NCBI GenBank assembly: GCA_050251055.1
Contig: JBFWNL010000002.1
Span: forward strand, 1-64,000
Direction of reading: 5' to 3'
Source: Bacteriovoracia bacterium
GTDB lineage: Bacteria > Bdellovibrionota > UBA1018 > JBFWNL01
DNA: 64,000 nucleotides
Part shown: positions 1-9,541 of the stretch, piece by piece
How the letters are laid out: each line of letters opens with the position of its first letter
How positions within the stretch are numbered: position 1 is the first letter of the stretch
Translations under genes and position numbers: made by a program
The notes under the pieces: model-generated
The model's database searches: none
Told to the model about the DNA's origin: nothing
What the model saw: only the letters and a program-made list of their open reading frames with translations

Positions 1-162
1 CTCCAATTCTCGGCGGGCTAGTTTCAGGTTAGGCAGAAGGAGTTTGGCCGCGTCGTCCGCACTGAGATAAACTTCCGCGTGCGCCACGAATGGAACCGCC
101 AAGCCGAGGCTTCCCAGCCCCGCCAAACCTACGCCCAATATCTGCCACTGCCCCTGTTCCAT
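1..162 (-). CDS. Probable FMN-binding domain protein, N-terminal part (runs off the window's left edge)
   Basis: ATG at 162 directly follows the stop of the DUF6662 gene (TAAATG). Reads MEQGQWQILGVGLAGLGSLGLAVPFVAHAEVYLSADDAAKLLLP: a signal peptide plus a 'VYLSxxxA' start typical of extracytosolic FMN-binding proteins found next to DUF6662 genes. Not in the ORF track. Confidence 0.55.
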   Translation of the reverse strand, partial: MEQGQWQILGVGLAGLGSLGLAVPFVAHAEVYLSADDAAKLLLPNLKLARRELE

Positions 163-1092
163 TTAGAGATTAAAACCGAGTTTCAGGCGAACCTCGAGCT
201 TCTCGTGCTGCGCCAGGTGCAGGGATCCGCCGTCGATGCGCTGTCCGTCCGCACCGATCCCCAGGTATCCCGGCGTTCCCGAGATCTGCGGCAGGATTGT
301 AAGCGTCGCCCACCAGTCCTTCGTGCCGTAATGCACGTTCGGCCCCAGGAAATAAGCCGAGTGTTCCTGCGCGCCCCAGTCTAAATCCGGAAACTCGCGA
401 TGGTTGCGGAACTCCAGGCCCAGGTACCAGTTCTCCTGAATGCGGTAGCTCCCGCCTAAGGTAAATTCGAAAAAGAGCTCACGCAGGGACTCATCCCCCA
501 CCTTTTCCCACTCCGGCTCGAGCATCAGATTGGAAACGAACACCAGGGTGTCATCCATGAAGTTCTTCTGGAAGATTAGGCGGAACTCGAAGGCCTTGGC
601 CGAGACGATCTCGCCGCTCACGCTGTCCCGCACCTCGAATTCAGGTTCGAAATAGAGCGAAAGCCCCAGCGGATCCGTATACGGGCTGAGCAGCCGGTAC
701 TTGAACTCGAGCGACATGCCTTGCAGGTCGAACGTGTTGACGTCCGGCACGTTTTGGGTCGTATCTTCCGGATTATAAAGATTCTGGATGTAATTATAAC
801 CCGAGTTCAGATACAGCGCCGCACTGAAGCGATCGCTGATCCCGTACTCGACCTCGTGCCGCATATCGAGGGCGAAATAGCTGCCGCGCGCCTTCCCGCT
901 TCGGGCGGTCATGATCTGCTCGAACTCCCACTGCCCCTTCGGGAGTGAGTCGGTCGAATACATGTAGCCAAACAACGCCTCATCCGCGCGAGCGGGAGCG
1001 CACGCGGCCAAGCCGTGCATCAACATCGCGCAGGCCAAACCCGAGCACAGATGGTTGCCGGACAGATTGCGGAAATTCGGGGTCGCGGACAT
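163..1092 (-). CDS. DUF6662-family outer-membrane beta-barrel protein
   Basis: Signal peptide, 'DEALFGYMYSTDSLPKGQWEFEQ' N-terminus, alternating beta-strand pattern, C-terminal 'EVRLKLGFNL' barrel signature. Confidence 0.7.
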   Translation of the reverse strand: MSATPNFRNLSGNHLCSGLACAMLMHGLAACAPARADEALFGYMYSTDSLPKGQWEFEQIMTARSGKARGSYFALDMRHEVEYGISDRFSAALYLNSGYNYIQNLYNPEDTTQNVPDVNTFDLQGMSLEFKYRLLSPYTDPLGLSLYFEPEFEVRDSVSGEIVSAKAFEFRLIFQKNFMDDTLVFVSNLMLEPEWEKVGDESLRELFFEFTLGGSYRIQENWYLGLEFRNHREFPDLDWGAQEHSAYFLGPNVHYGTKDWWATLTILPQISGTPGYLGIGADGQRIDGGSLHLAQHEKLEVRLKLGFNL

Positions 1093-1107
1093 GACTTCCT
1101 TTCTACT

Positions 1108-1551
1108 CTAGTTCGAACGAAGCATCTTTTTCACTTCGTCAATGTGGTCGGTTTCCTCACGCACCAGCTGACGGGCCATTTCTTCGAGAGCAATGTCGTC
1201 TCCGGCGAGCTTCACTAACTCTTTGTATAAAGCCAGCCCGCTCGTTTCGTGACGGAGGCTTTCTTCCAGAATTTTATGCACCGAATGCTGATTGGTTTCT
1301 TCCACGGAGGCGCTGACCATGGGCGGGTGGCCGCCCAGGGACGTGATCTTCTCGCCGATCGTCACTGCATGAGCCATCGATTCATTGGCTTGGTCACGAA
1401 ACCATTTTTGGATGGGAATGCGGTTATGCCCCATGATCATGAACGAATAATGCATGTAGCGGATGATGCCGGACATCTCGGCTTCAAAAATCTTGCTCAA
1501 GCAATCGAGTACCGGAGACTTCGCGGCGGAGCCGCCTTTTCCTTTAGCCAA
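1108..1551 (-). CDS. Ferritin-like/bacterioferritin-like di-iron four-helix protein
   Basis: TTG start with GAGGAG RBS; E..Y..Y, 'ESMAH', 'LGGHP', 'HE..L..Y' and 'EETDH' motifs. Confidence 0.8.
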   Translation of the reverse strand: MAKGKGGSAAKSPVLDCLSKIFEAEMSGIIRYMHYSFMIMGHNRIPIQKWFRDQANESMAHAVTIGEKITSLGGHPPMVSASVEETNQHSVHKILEESLRHETSGLALYKELVKLAGDDIALEEMARQLVREETDHIDEVKKMLRSN

Positions 1552-1592
1552 AACGTAACCCTCCTCGGTGTAAGTTTACGTGCTACCGAAGT

Positions 1593-1607
1593 TGAGAATC
1601 ATTCTCA
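1593..1607. promoter_or_regulatory. Fur-box-like 7-1-7 inverted repeat
   Basis: Perfect palindrome TGAGAAT-C-ATTCTCA (Fur consensus TGATAAT-n-ATTATCA), ~40 nt upstream of the ferritin-like gene. Confidence 0.7.
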
Positions 1608-1677
1608 TCTTTGGAAACGCGTGTAAAGCGATTTAAAGAGGGTTTTACCTAGTTTTGTCTAAAGGGAAGAGGGGAAT

Positions 1678-2796
1678 TTATGGCGAGCTCCCCGCACAAG
1701 GGTTGACCCGGCCTTCGCTCAGGAAGAGATTCCCTGCCGGGATCGGCTCCCATCCCCGGTTGAGAAGCTGTAAATAGGCCGCCTGAGCGGAATACTGGGA
1801 TCCCACGGAAGCCGCGGGATCGAAAAAGAGATTATTCCCCACCGCTCCGCAAAGCGGGTCCTGAAGGGGCGGATTCACCGGCGAATTTGGGATGATGTCC
1901 AAGTCCACCGAATCCGCGAATTTATCGCGCTCAGGTGTGGCGAGCACCTGCTTCGGCAGCGCGTTCGCCGTACTCAACACGTACGGACTGAGTTCACTCT
2001 TCTGGCTCAGTGCCTTGGTCAACTCCCGCTTCTCCTGGGCAAAACTTCGCGAAGCCGCTAGAAGGGTCCTCTGCCGAGCGGCCGCGCTCCCCGCATTCAC
2101 CGGACCCACGTAGCGCCACAGGAGACTAACCGCGATGTGATAGCGCGGCCCCTGAAAGTAATCGAGGCGGATGGGAATCTCCGAAGCGTAGTTCAACTCT
2201 AAGGTGCGGGACGCGCAGCCCAACTGGGTGGGGTGCGTGCCGTCGTTATCGACCATCATCTGGAATCCCGCGCCCTCATCCACCGAAAGCGTGGCGCCAT
2301 CGTCCGAAAGCAACGAGAGTTCATAGATGCCTTCCGGATCTCCGGGCGCAAGCTTCAGCACCGACTCGAAACGCAACGTAAACCACTCGAACAGCGTTTC
2401 GCCTTCGGCGTTCTGTAAAAGCGTACCGTCTTGGGTCGCAAATCCTTCGCTGAACATGCGCGTGGGCACGAAAACCCGGTTGAAGTAGATCGCGGCGTCT
2501 ACCGGAACTCCATAAGCCTGCATCTGGCTGACCGAAGAATATTGCGGGGAATTCGAACCCAGGTACTTCAGAGTCGCCCGGACGCCATTCTCCGCGCCGC
2601 CGGCCGAACCGCCCTGACCCAACGGATCACAAACCACGTTCTGCTCCCCCTCGGGAGACGAAAGCTGTTTTTGTGGTACCTTGACGAAGAACTGCTCAGG
2701 CACCGGCGCACAGCCGGACGCAAAAGTCACCCCCGCCAAACCCAGGGAAGACACGAGCAGAAAAGCAGGCCTCGAAAGAAAATAACTCGAAGACAT
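1678..2796 (-). CDS. PA14-domain lipoprotein
   Basis: Start reassigned to ATG 2796 (MSSSYF), lipobox ASGC; 'LLSDDGA', 'VDNDGTH' and 'IRLDYFQGPRYHIA' PA14 motifs. Confidence 0.75.
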   Translation of the reverse strand: MSSSYFLSRPAFLLVSSLGLAGVTFASGCAPVPEQFFVKVPQKQLSSPEGEQNVVCDPLGQGGSAGGAENGVRATLKYLGSNSPQYSSVSQMQAYGVPVDAAIYFNRVFVPTRMFSEGFATQDGTLLQNAEGETLFEWFTLRFESVLKLAPGDPEGIYELSLLSDDGATLSVDEGAGFQMMVDNDGTHPTQLGCASRTLELNYASEIPIRLDYFQGPRYHIAVSLLWRYVGPVNAGSAAARQRTLLAASRSFAQEKRELTKALSQKSELSPYVLSTANALPKQVLATPERDKFADSVDLDIIPNSPVNPPLQDPLCGAVGNNLFFDPAASVGSQYSAQAAYLQLLNRGWEPIPAGNLFLSEGRVNPCAGSSP

Positions 2797-3004
2797 ATAC
2801 CACCACCCGGACGAAAAGTTACCCCTATGGACAGTGTAGCATCGAGTTCCCGACGAATTGTTAAGGCCAACTAGAGATCCGCCATTTTCCGCACTTTTCG
2901 TGAAGGTGTCCCGGGTCACCCGCGACCCGGGCGCGAAAACCCAGCGAAAATCCACGCGCGCAGGCGCCTTTACAACTCCCCCCAACGGGATTAAAAAGTC
3001 CCTT

Positions 3005-4246
3005 ATGGCAAGCAGCTTCGAGCGGGTGATCTGGATCGTATTGGACGGCGTGGGCGCGGGTGAGCTTCCTGACGCCCAGCAGTTCGGCGACACGGGATCG
3101 AACACGCTGGGAAACCTGGCGCGTACATTCAAGACCAAGCGCGGACGTACGCTAAAGCTTCCGAACCTCGCCCGCATGGGCATCGGCAATATTACCCCCA
3201 TGGAGGGCGTCTCCCCCTGCGCGCCCGGACAGGGAAACGGCGCATTTGGACGCGCGCAGGAACGCTCGAGCGGCAAGGACACCACCTCCGGTCATTGGGA
3301 AATGGCGGGACTCGTGGTGAAGACCGCGTTCGCCACGTTTCCCACTGGTTTTCCTGCCGCCGTGGTTGATCGCTGGGTGAAAGAGTGCGGATTGCCGGGA
3401 GTACTCGGTAACTGCGCCGCCAGCGGCACCGAGATCATCGTCCAACACGGCGCGGAGCACCTCCGCACGGGCAAGCCCATCCTTTATACTAGCGCCGACA
3501 GCGTCTGGCAGATCGCCGCCCACGAAACGTCGTTCGGCCTCCAAAGGCTTTACGACATCAGCAAGGTCGCACGTCAAATCTGCGACGAGCTGCAAATCGG
3601 ACGCGTAATCGCGCGTCCCTTCGTGGGAGATCCGACGAAGGGCGAACCCTTTACCCGCACCTACAACCGCAAGGACTACTCACAGAAGCCCTCTTCGCCG
3701 ACGATTCTCGACGTCCTTTGCGATGAAAAAGTTCCCACTCTGGGCATCGGCAAGATCTCCAACATCTTCGCTGGCCAGGGCATCCAGGAAAACATCGACA
3801 CAAAAGGGAACACCGACGGCCTGAAGGTGCTTTTAGAGCAGATGGGCTTGGTGAAGCGTGGGCTGCTATTCTGTAACCTCATCGACTTCGACATGCTTTA
3901 CGGCCACCGGCGCGATGTGGATGGGTTTGCCGGGGCCTTGGAAGAGTTCGACGTGGCGCTGCCGAAGATCATGGCCGCGATGAAGCCCAGCGATTTGCTG
4001 ATTCTGGCTTCCGACCACGGCAACGATCCCACTTACCGGGGCACCGACCACACTCGCGAGTACATCCCCCTCCTCGCCTACTCCCCTTCGCAAAAAAAAC
4101 CGGCGCCCGTCGATATCGGCGTCCGCGGCAGCTTCGCCGACGTCGGAGCCACGGTGCTCGACGCGCTCTTGGGCGCGAAGGCCGCCCGCTTCCAAGAAAA
4201 GTTTCCCGGCAAATCGTTCCTGGTTGAAATGGGTTGCGCCCGCTAG
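3005..4246 (+). CDS. deoB: Phosphopentomutase
   Basis: 'IVLDGVGAG', '[10 protein letters not shown]', 'YTSADSV', 'RVIARPF', 'DMLYGHRRD', 'SDHGNDPT', 'TDHTREY'. Confidence 0.95.
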   Translation: MASSFERVIWIVLDGVGAGELPDAQQFGDTGSNTLGNLARTFKTKRGRTLKLPNLARMGIGNITPMEGVSPCAPGQGNGAFGRAQERSSGKDTTSGHWEMAGLVVKTAFATFPTGFPAAVVDRWVKECGLPGVLGNCAASGTEIIVQHGAEHLRTGKPILYTSADSVWQIAAHETSFGLQRLYDISKVARQICDELQIGRVIARPFVGDPTKGEPFTRTYNRKDYSQKPSSPTILDVLCDEKVPTLGIGKISNIFAGQGIQENIDTKGNTDGLKVLLEQMGLVKRGLLFCNLIDFDMLYGHRRDVDGFAGALEEFDVALPKIMAAMKPSDLLILASDHGNDPTYRGTDHTREYIPLLAYSPSQKKPAPVDIGVRGSFADVGATVLDALLGAKAARFQEKFPGKSFLVEMGCAR

Positions 4247-4251
4247 CCGCT

Positions 4252-5577
4252 ATGACCCCGGCGCTCATCATTCGAAAAAAACGCGATCGCCAGACGCTCA
4301 CGACCGAGGAGATTTCTTTTTTTATTCGCGGCCTCGGCACCGGGGACGTAGCCGACTATCAGGCCACCGCGCTCCTCATGGCGATTTACCTCAACGGTAT
4401 GAACGCCGACGAAACCATGGCCCTCACGCGTGCCATGCTGGAGAGCGGCGAGCGCTACGATTTAACTCATATTCAGGGACCGAAGTCCGACAAGCACTCC
4501 ACCGGAGGAATCGGCGACAAGGTATCCCTAATCCTGGCCCCGCTCGCGGCGGCTTGTGGACTAAGAGTCCCCATGATGTCGGGCCGCGGCTTAGGCCATA
4601 GCGGGGGCACGCTCGACAAGCTCGAGGCTATTTCGGGGTTCGACGTCCGCCTAAACCGGGAACGGTTCGAGACCGTCCTTCGCGAAGTGGGCTGCGCTAT
4701 GATCGGACAGACGGATCGTATCGCGCCGGCCGACAAAAAACTCTACGCCTTGCGCGACGTGACGGGAACCGTGGAGTGCATTCCCCTCATCACGGCTTCA
4801 ATCCTGTCGAAGAAGCTCGCGGAAGGCACCGAAAGTCTCGTGATGGACGTAAAGTTCGGCAACGGTGCGTTCATGAAGACAAAGGCGGAAGCCCAAAAGC
4901 TCGCCAAGTCGATCGAGGGCGTCACAAAAAAAATGAAACTCCCCTGCGCCACCGTCCTCAGCAATATGGACCAACCGCTGGGTTACGCCGCCGGCAACGC
5001 GCTCGAAGTACTGGAGTCCGTGGAAGTGCTGACCGGCAGGCGGGCGCTCGAAGGCGAGCTCGTTTCCGACGATTTGAAAGACCTGACGCTGCACCTCTGC
5101 GCCCAGATGATCGTCGCCGGCAAAGTACGGAAGTCACTGAAAGAAGCCCGTAAGCTCGCCAAAGAAAAACTGGAGAACGGGAGCGCCTGGCAGGTGTTCA
5201 AACGGCTCGTTGCGGCGCAAGGGGGTTCCCTAGCCCAAGTGGAGAATCCACTGAAGCTTCCCCTCAGCCAAAAGCGCGTGCTCTGGAAAGCCCGTAAGTC
5301 TGGCTTTGTTTCCGGCATCGACACCCTAACCGTAGGTCTCATCATCGTAGAAATGGGCGGCGGCCGCAAGAAAGCCGCCGACACAATCGACCCGAAGGTA
5401 GGCTTAGTCTTTCATAAGAAGCTGGGCGCCAAAGTAGCCAAAGGCGAACCCCTAGTGACCGTATTCGCCCCGGAGTCTCCCTCCTTCGATACTCGGAAGC
5501 TCGAGGAGCTGGAGCAGTGGTTTCATCGCGGCGTGACAATCACTCCACGCCGAAAGACCCCACCGAAACTTTACTAA
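4252..5577 (+). CDS. pdp: Pyrimidine-nucleoside/thymidine phosphorylase
   Basis: 'DKHSTGGIGDK', 'SGRGLGHSGGTLDKLE', 'ALRDVTGTV', 'SILSKKLAEG'. Confidence 0.93.
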   Translation: MTPALIIRKKRDRQTLTTEEISFFIRGLGTGDVADYQATALLMAIYLNGMNADETMALTRAMLESGERYDLTHIQGPKSDKHSTGGIGDKVSLILAPLAAACGLRVPMMSGRGLGHSGGTLDKLEAISGFDVRLNRERFETVLREVGCAMIGQTDRIAPADKKLYALRDVTGTVECIPLITASILSKKLAEGTESLVMDVKFGNGAFMKTKAEAQKLAKSIEGVTKKMKLPCATVLSNMDQPLGYAAGNALEVLESVEVLTGRRALEGELVSDDLKDLTLHLCAQMIVAGKVRKSLKEARKLAKEKLENGSAWQVFKRLVAAQGGSLAQVENPLKLPLSQKRVLWKARKSGFVSGIDTLTVGLIIVEMGGGRKKAADTIDPKVGLVFHKKLGAKVAKGEPLVTVFAPESPSFDTRKLEELEQWFHRGVTITPRRKTPPKLY

Positions 5578-5603
5578 AAACATTCGCCGTATATAATGAC
5601 GGC

Positions 5604-6092
5604 ATGAAACCTAAACACGTACTGACCGCAGGATTATTTGGGATACTGGCCCTGATCACGCTTGCCGCTTCACCGGCGCGCGCGGAGGAAGACCCGAAGC
5701 CCATGCTAGGCTACTGGGTAAAGCAAGATGTCGGCGTTCCGGTTTTCTATGGCGGCCGCGAGTGCCAGACCCTGTTTTACATCGCTCGCGATGTGATGAG
5801 CGCCATCCGCGCGAAGAATTTCACTTTCATGTGCGACCGCTTCGGCGCCAATATCCGCTTCGAGAGCCTGCAGTCCCAACCGACCGCCGAAGAGAAGGAA
5901 GTCACCGTCGACTGGCGAGCTATCCAGTTCACGCACTTCGAGCAGAACGTGATGGTTTGCAATCTCGTGGCCGACGTGTGGGACGCAGTGCTGGCGAAAG
6001 TGGTCGTGCGTAACCTTTCTTCGGGCGTATTTTGCGGCTCCGGCAACGGTTCCGTGATCTACAAGTTCGACACTTTGATTCAAAAAATGTGA
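5604..6092 (+). CDS. Secreted hypothetical protein (4 Cys)
   Basis: Signal peptide ending ARA; TATAAT 6 nt before the ATG. Confidence 0.65.
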   Translation: MKPKHVLTAGLFGILALITLAASPARAEEDPKPMLGYWVKQDVGVPVFYGGRECQTLFYIARDVMSAIRAKNFTFMCDRFGANIRFESLQSQPTAEEKEVTVDWRAIQFTHFEQNVMVCNLVADVWDAVLAKVVVRNLSSGVFCGSGNGSVIYKFDTLIQKM

Positions 6093-6103
6093 TCTCCGCC
6101 CCC

Positions 6104-6562
6104 ATGGCCGACGCGCTCGTCGCTTACCTGCACTTCGTGGGAATGATTTCGATCGCCGTCTGCTTGGCGCTCGAGTTCTTCAGCTATGCGCCGACGCTCG
6201 ACGCATCTACGGCCAAGCGAATTCTCATGACGGATATCGCTTATCTCTTCGCGGCGCTCTTAAGCCTGGGCACCGGTCTCGCCCGCGCGCTCTACTTTGG
6301 AAAAGGTTGGGAATTTTACGCGGCGAACCCGGCGTTTTGGGTAAAGCTCGGACTTTTCGTCACGGTGGGTTTGATTTCCCTCGTCCCCACGATGCACTTC
6401 ATGAGTTGGATTTCCGCCTTGAAGCGAAAATCCGCGCCGGTCATTTCCGCACCCCAATATCAACGCATCAAGTCAGTACTTCTGGCGGAGCTGATGCTAT
6501 TCCTTGCGATCCCTTGGCTGGGAACTTGGATTGCCCGTGGCATTGGCGTGGCGCAGCACTAA
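6104..6562 (+). CDS. DUF2214-family membrane protein
   Basis: 'AYLHF', 'GKGWEFY..NPAFWVKLGLF', 'S..PT..F..W', C-terminal 'ARGIG'; four TM segments. Confidence 0.8.
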   Translation: MADALVAYLHFVGMISIAVCLALEFFSYAPTLDASTAKRILMTDIAYLFAALLSLGTGLARALYFGKGWEFYAANPAFWVKLGLFVTVGLISLVPTMHFMSWISALKRKSAPVISAPQYQRIKSVLLAELMLFLAIPWLGTWIARGIGVAQH

Positions 6563-6612
6563 CCGAATTAAAAAATCCGACATATATACTTTCTTGTGAT
6601 AGATCCTGGGCG

Positions 6613-7455
6613 ATGTCTGAACCGTCAATCTATCAAAAAATCAAGCTTGCTGCCGAGTACATCCGCTCGCGCTCTAAGATTGAGCCCAAGGCGGGGATTG
6701 TGCTCGGCTCCGGCCTCGGCGCGCTTGCGGACGAAGTGACGGACCGTGAGGTAATTCCTTACGGCGACATTCCTGGTTTCCACGGCACGAGTGTCGAAGG
6801 TCACGCCGGTCAAATGATCCTCGGACAATTGGAGGGCGTGCCCGTCGTTCTGCTCAGCGGACGCTTCCATGCTTACGAAGGCTATCCGATGGAAACCGTG
6901 GTTTTCCCCACGCGCGTGGTCTGCGCCTTAGGGATCCAAACGCTGGTTCTGACCAATGCAGCCGGTGGCGTCAACACCCGCTACCGTCCCTGCGACCTCA
7001 TGATTATCGAGGATCACATCAATTTCATGGGCGATAACCCGCTGAAGGGGCCGCATCTCACCGAACTGGGTCCCCGCTTTCCCGACATGACGGAAGCCTA
7101 CAACAAAGAATGCATCGCCGTGCTGGTCGACAACGCCAAACGTCTGGACATCCCGGTGCACACGGGTGTCTACGCCGCCCTTATGGGCCCGACTTATGAA
7201 ACTCCGGCGGAAGTCCGGATGCTGCGAGCCCTCGGTGCCGACGCCGTGGGTATGTCGACCGTTCCCGAAAGCATCGCCGCCAATCACCTGGGCGTGCAGG
7301 TCGCCGGCATCAGCTGCATCACCAATCTCGCCGCCGGCATCACGCCAAATAAACTTACCCACGACGAAGTCATCGAGAATTCCCGCATTGCCTCACGTAA
7401 GCTGCGGGAGCTCGTGAAGACTTCCATCCCGCAGCTCATTAAAACCCGTCGATGA
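6613..7455 (+). CDS. punA: Purine-nucleoside phosphorylase (trimeric type)
   Basis: 'IVLGSGLG', 'GRFHAYEG', 'TNAAGG', 'GPTYETPAE', 'VGMSTVPE'. Confidence 0.95.
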   Translation: MSEPSIYQKIKLAAEYIRSRSKIEPKAGIVLGSGLGALADEVTDREVIPYGDIPGFHGTSVEGHAGQMILGQLEGVPVVLLSGRFHAYEGYPMETVVFPTRVVCALGIQTLVLTNAAGGVNTRYRPCDLMIIEDHINFMGDNPLKGPHLTELGPRFPDMTEAYNKECIAVLVDNAKRLDIPVHTGVYAALMGPTYETPAEVRMLRALGADAVGMSTVPESIAANHLGVQVAGISCITNLAAGITPNKLTHDEVIENSRIASRKLRELVKTSIPQLIKTRR

Positions 7456-7886
7456 ACCCGCCCTTCCCCGACAATCAGGCGCTGCTCGCGCGCGCAAAGC
7501 AGGCCCGCGAAAACGCATACGCTCCCTATAGCCAATACAAAGTGGGCTCCGCTCTCCTCGCCAGCTCGGGTAAGGTGTACATCGGCACCAACGTCGAAAC
7601 CTGTAACTGGGCCAGCATCTGCTCGGAGCGTACCGCCTTCACGGCGGCGGTCGCCAACGGCGAACGATCCCTCAAGAAAATCGCCATAATGACCGCGGGC
7701 GACCAACCGGGCACGCCGTGCGGGGACTGCCGTCAGTTCATGGCCGAATTCGCCGACGACGATTTCGAAGTGATCCTAGGCACCATCGACGGCAAGACGG
7801 CGCATTATCGGCTTGGAGAACTACTCCCCCACGCATTTCGCCCGGCCCGCCTCCCGCAAAACCAACCGGACGCCCAATCGAAGTAG
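7452..7886 (+). CDS. cdd: Cytidine deaminase (homotetrameric type)
   Basis: 'AYAPYS.Y.VG', 'NVE', 'CSER', 'PCGDCRQ'; ATGA overlap with punA. Confidence 0.92.
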   Translation: MNPPFPDNQALLARAKQARENAYAPYSQYKVGSALLASSGKVYIGTNVETCNWASICSERTAFTAAVANGERSLKKIAIMTAGDQPGTPCGDCRQFMAEFADDDFEVILGTIDGKTAHYRLGELLPHAFRPARLPQNQPDAQSK

Positions 7887-7894
7887 CCGCATCC

Positions 7895-9289
7895 ATGCTT
7901 TCATACCCGTCGGCCAAGACCACTTGGATCACCAACGCCACGTTCCTCACCCAGGATTCCCGACGCCGCGCGCTCCAGGGGCATCTGCAAATCGTGGACG
8001 GTAAGATCGCCAAGATCACCAAGAGTGCACCGCGCTTAAAATCCCGCGGCACGCAGGTCATCGATGCCAGCGGCCTCACCATCTTGCCCGGCTTCGTCCA
8101 AGCGCACGTGCATCTCTGCCAAACGCTGTTCCGTAATCAAGCCGATGACCTCGAGCTACTTGATTGGCTTTCCGCCCGTATCTGGCCGATGGAGGCCGCG
8201 CATACCGAAGAAACCCTGCATACCAGCGCACGCCTGGGCATTCACGAGCTGCTGTCTTCGGGCACGACCTGCATCTTGGACATGGGCACCGTGCGGCATA
8301 CCGACTCGATCTTCGAAGCCGTACGCGCGAGCGGCATCCGCGCGAGCGTTGGCAAGTGCCTGATGGATCATCCCTCCACCACGCCGCCAGGGCTTCGCGA
8401 GCCCACGCGCGACGCCTTAGCCGAAGCGTTGATGCTCTATAAAAAATGGCACGGGCGCGAAAACGACCGCATTCGCGTCTCGTACGCGCCCCGCTTCGTG
8501 GTTTCGTGCACCGAGAGGCTGCTTACCGAAGTCGCCCAACTCGCGCGCGAGCAAAAAGCCGTCATCCATACCCATGCCAGTGAAAACCTCAAAGAGATCC
8601 GCATGGTGAAATCCATGGTCAGCTGCGAGAACGTGGAGTACCTGCACCAGCTCAGGCTTACTTCCCCGCGGCTCGTCCTCGCCCACTGCATCTGGCTCAA
8701 GCCCAACGAGATGAAGATTCTCAGCCGCACCGGCACCCACGTCGTGCACTGCCCGAGCTCGAACATGAAGCTCGCGTCGGGATTCGCGCGCGTGCCCGAG
8801 ATGACGGCCAAGAAAATCAACGTCGCATTGGGCGCCGACGGCGCGCCCTGCAACAATAACCTCAACATGTTCCAGGAAATGCGCTTGGCCGCGCTGATTC
8901 ACAAGCCGGGCAACGGACCGAAATCCATGCGCGCCCAAACGGTACTCGATATGGCGACTCGGAACGGAGCTCGCGCGCTGAACTGGTTCGATCACATCGG
9001 GTCGATTGAAGTGGGAAAAAAGGCCGATCTCATCGCGCTCGACCTGAACCAGCCCGAAAACCTCGCGCTCGTCCGGACCGCGGGGGGGCGGGCGGCGGCC
9101 AACCCGGAAGCCCTGGCTTCGGCGATCGTGTATTCCGCGCAACCGGCGCATGTCCGCTGGACCATGGTCGACGGCCGCACGCTCTACCGTAATGGGAAAG
9201 TGCTGACGATTTCGGCGAAGTCGCTTTTGGAAGATGTGCGGCGCGCCCGGCCCATTTTCAAGACCGCGCTTAGATCCGCGAAAAATTAA
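7895..9289 (+). CDS. Amidohydrolase, 5'-deoxyadenosine/MTA/SAH deaminase family
   Basis: 'PGFVQAHVH', 'HTHASE', 'LAHC', 'HCPSSNMKLASG', 'GADGAPCNN', 'GKKAD'. Confidence 0.85.
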   Translation: MLSYPSAKTTWITNATFLTQDSRRRALQGHLQIVDGKIAKITKSAPRLKSRGTQVIDASGLTILPGFVQAHVHLCQTLFRNQADDLELLDWLSARIWPMEAAHTEETLHTSARLGIHELLSSGTTCILDMGTVRHTDSIFEAVRASGIRASVGKCLMDHPSTTPPGLREPTRDALAEALMLYKKWHGRENDRIRVSYAPRFVVSCTERLLTEVAQLAREQKAVIHTHASENLKEIRMVKSMVSCENVEYLHQLRLTSPRLVLAHCIWLKPNEMKILSRTGTHVVHCPSSNMKLASGFARVPEMTAKKINVALGADGAPCNNNLNMFQEMRLAALIHKPGNGPKSMRAQTVLDMATRNGARALNWFDHIGSIEVGKKADLIALDLNQPENLALVRTAGGRAAANPEALASAIVYSAQPAHVRWTMVDGRTLYRNGKVLTISAKSLLEDVRRARPIFKTALRSAKN

Positions 9290-9332
9290 CGCCGGGTAGG
9301 TTCGGTGTTCGTTATGGGGCACCTACCCGGCG
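9290..9332. terminator. Strong hairpin after the deaminase gene; U-tract on the minus strand
   Basis: CGCCGGGTAGGT ... ACCTACCCGGCG, 12-bp stem. Confidence 0.65.
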
Positions 9333-9480
9333 CATCTTAGACCTATTCCACTCCCCGGAGCTTCAGGGATCTTATTCGGAAGTGGATACCTATGATTCTA
9401 GAATGCCGGAGGGCGCCCCGATTCTCAACGATACGCGTATTCCCCGGCCCGCTTCCGTATTCTACCCGTATTCTAAATAA

Positions 9481-9516
9481 GAAAGCCCGGCGAACCTCTC
9501 GGCGCGCCGGGCTTTC
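9481..9516 (-). terminator. Rho-independent terminator of the 9542..10498 gene
   Basis: GAAAGCCCGGCG ... CGCCGGGCTTTC followed by TTATT on the minus strand. Confidence 0.7.
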
Positions 9517-9541
9517 CCGTCTAATATTGGCTAACTAGCGA

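Noticed and set aside
2797-3285. Long N-terminal extensions of the PA14 ORF and deoB that would overlap each other (similar for punA, pfkA, rplU, the FecR-like and HPt-like genes)
   Set aside because: Artefact of longest-ORF calling; downstream starts fit signal peptides, family N-termini and promoter/RBS positions.
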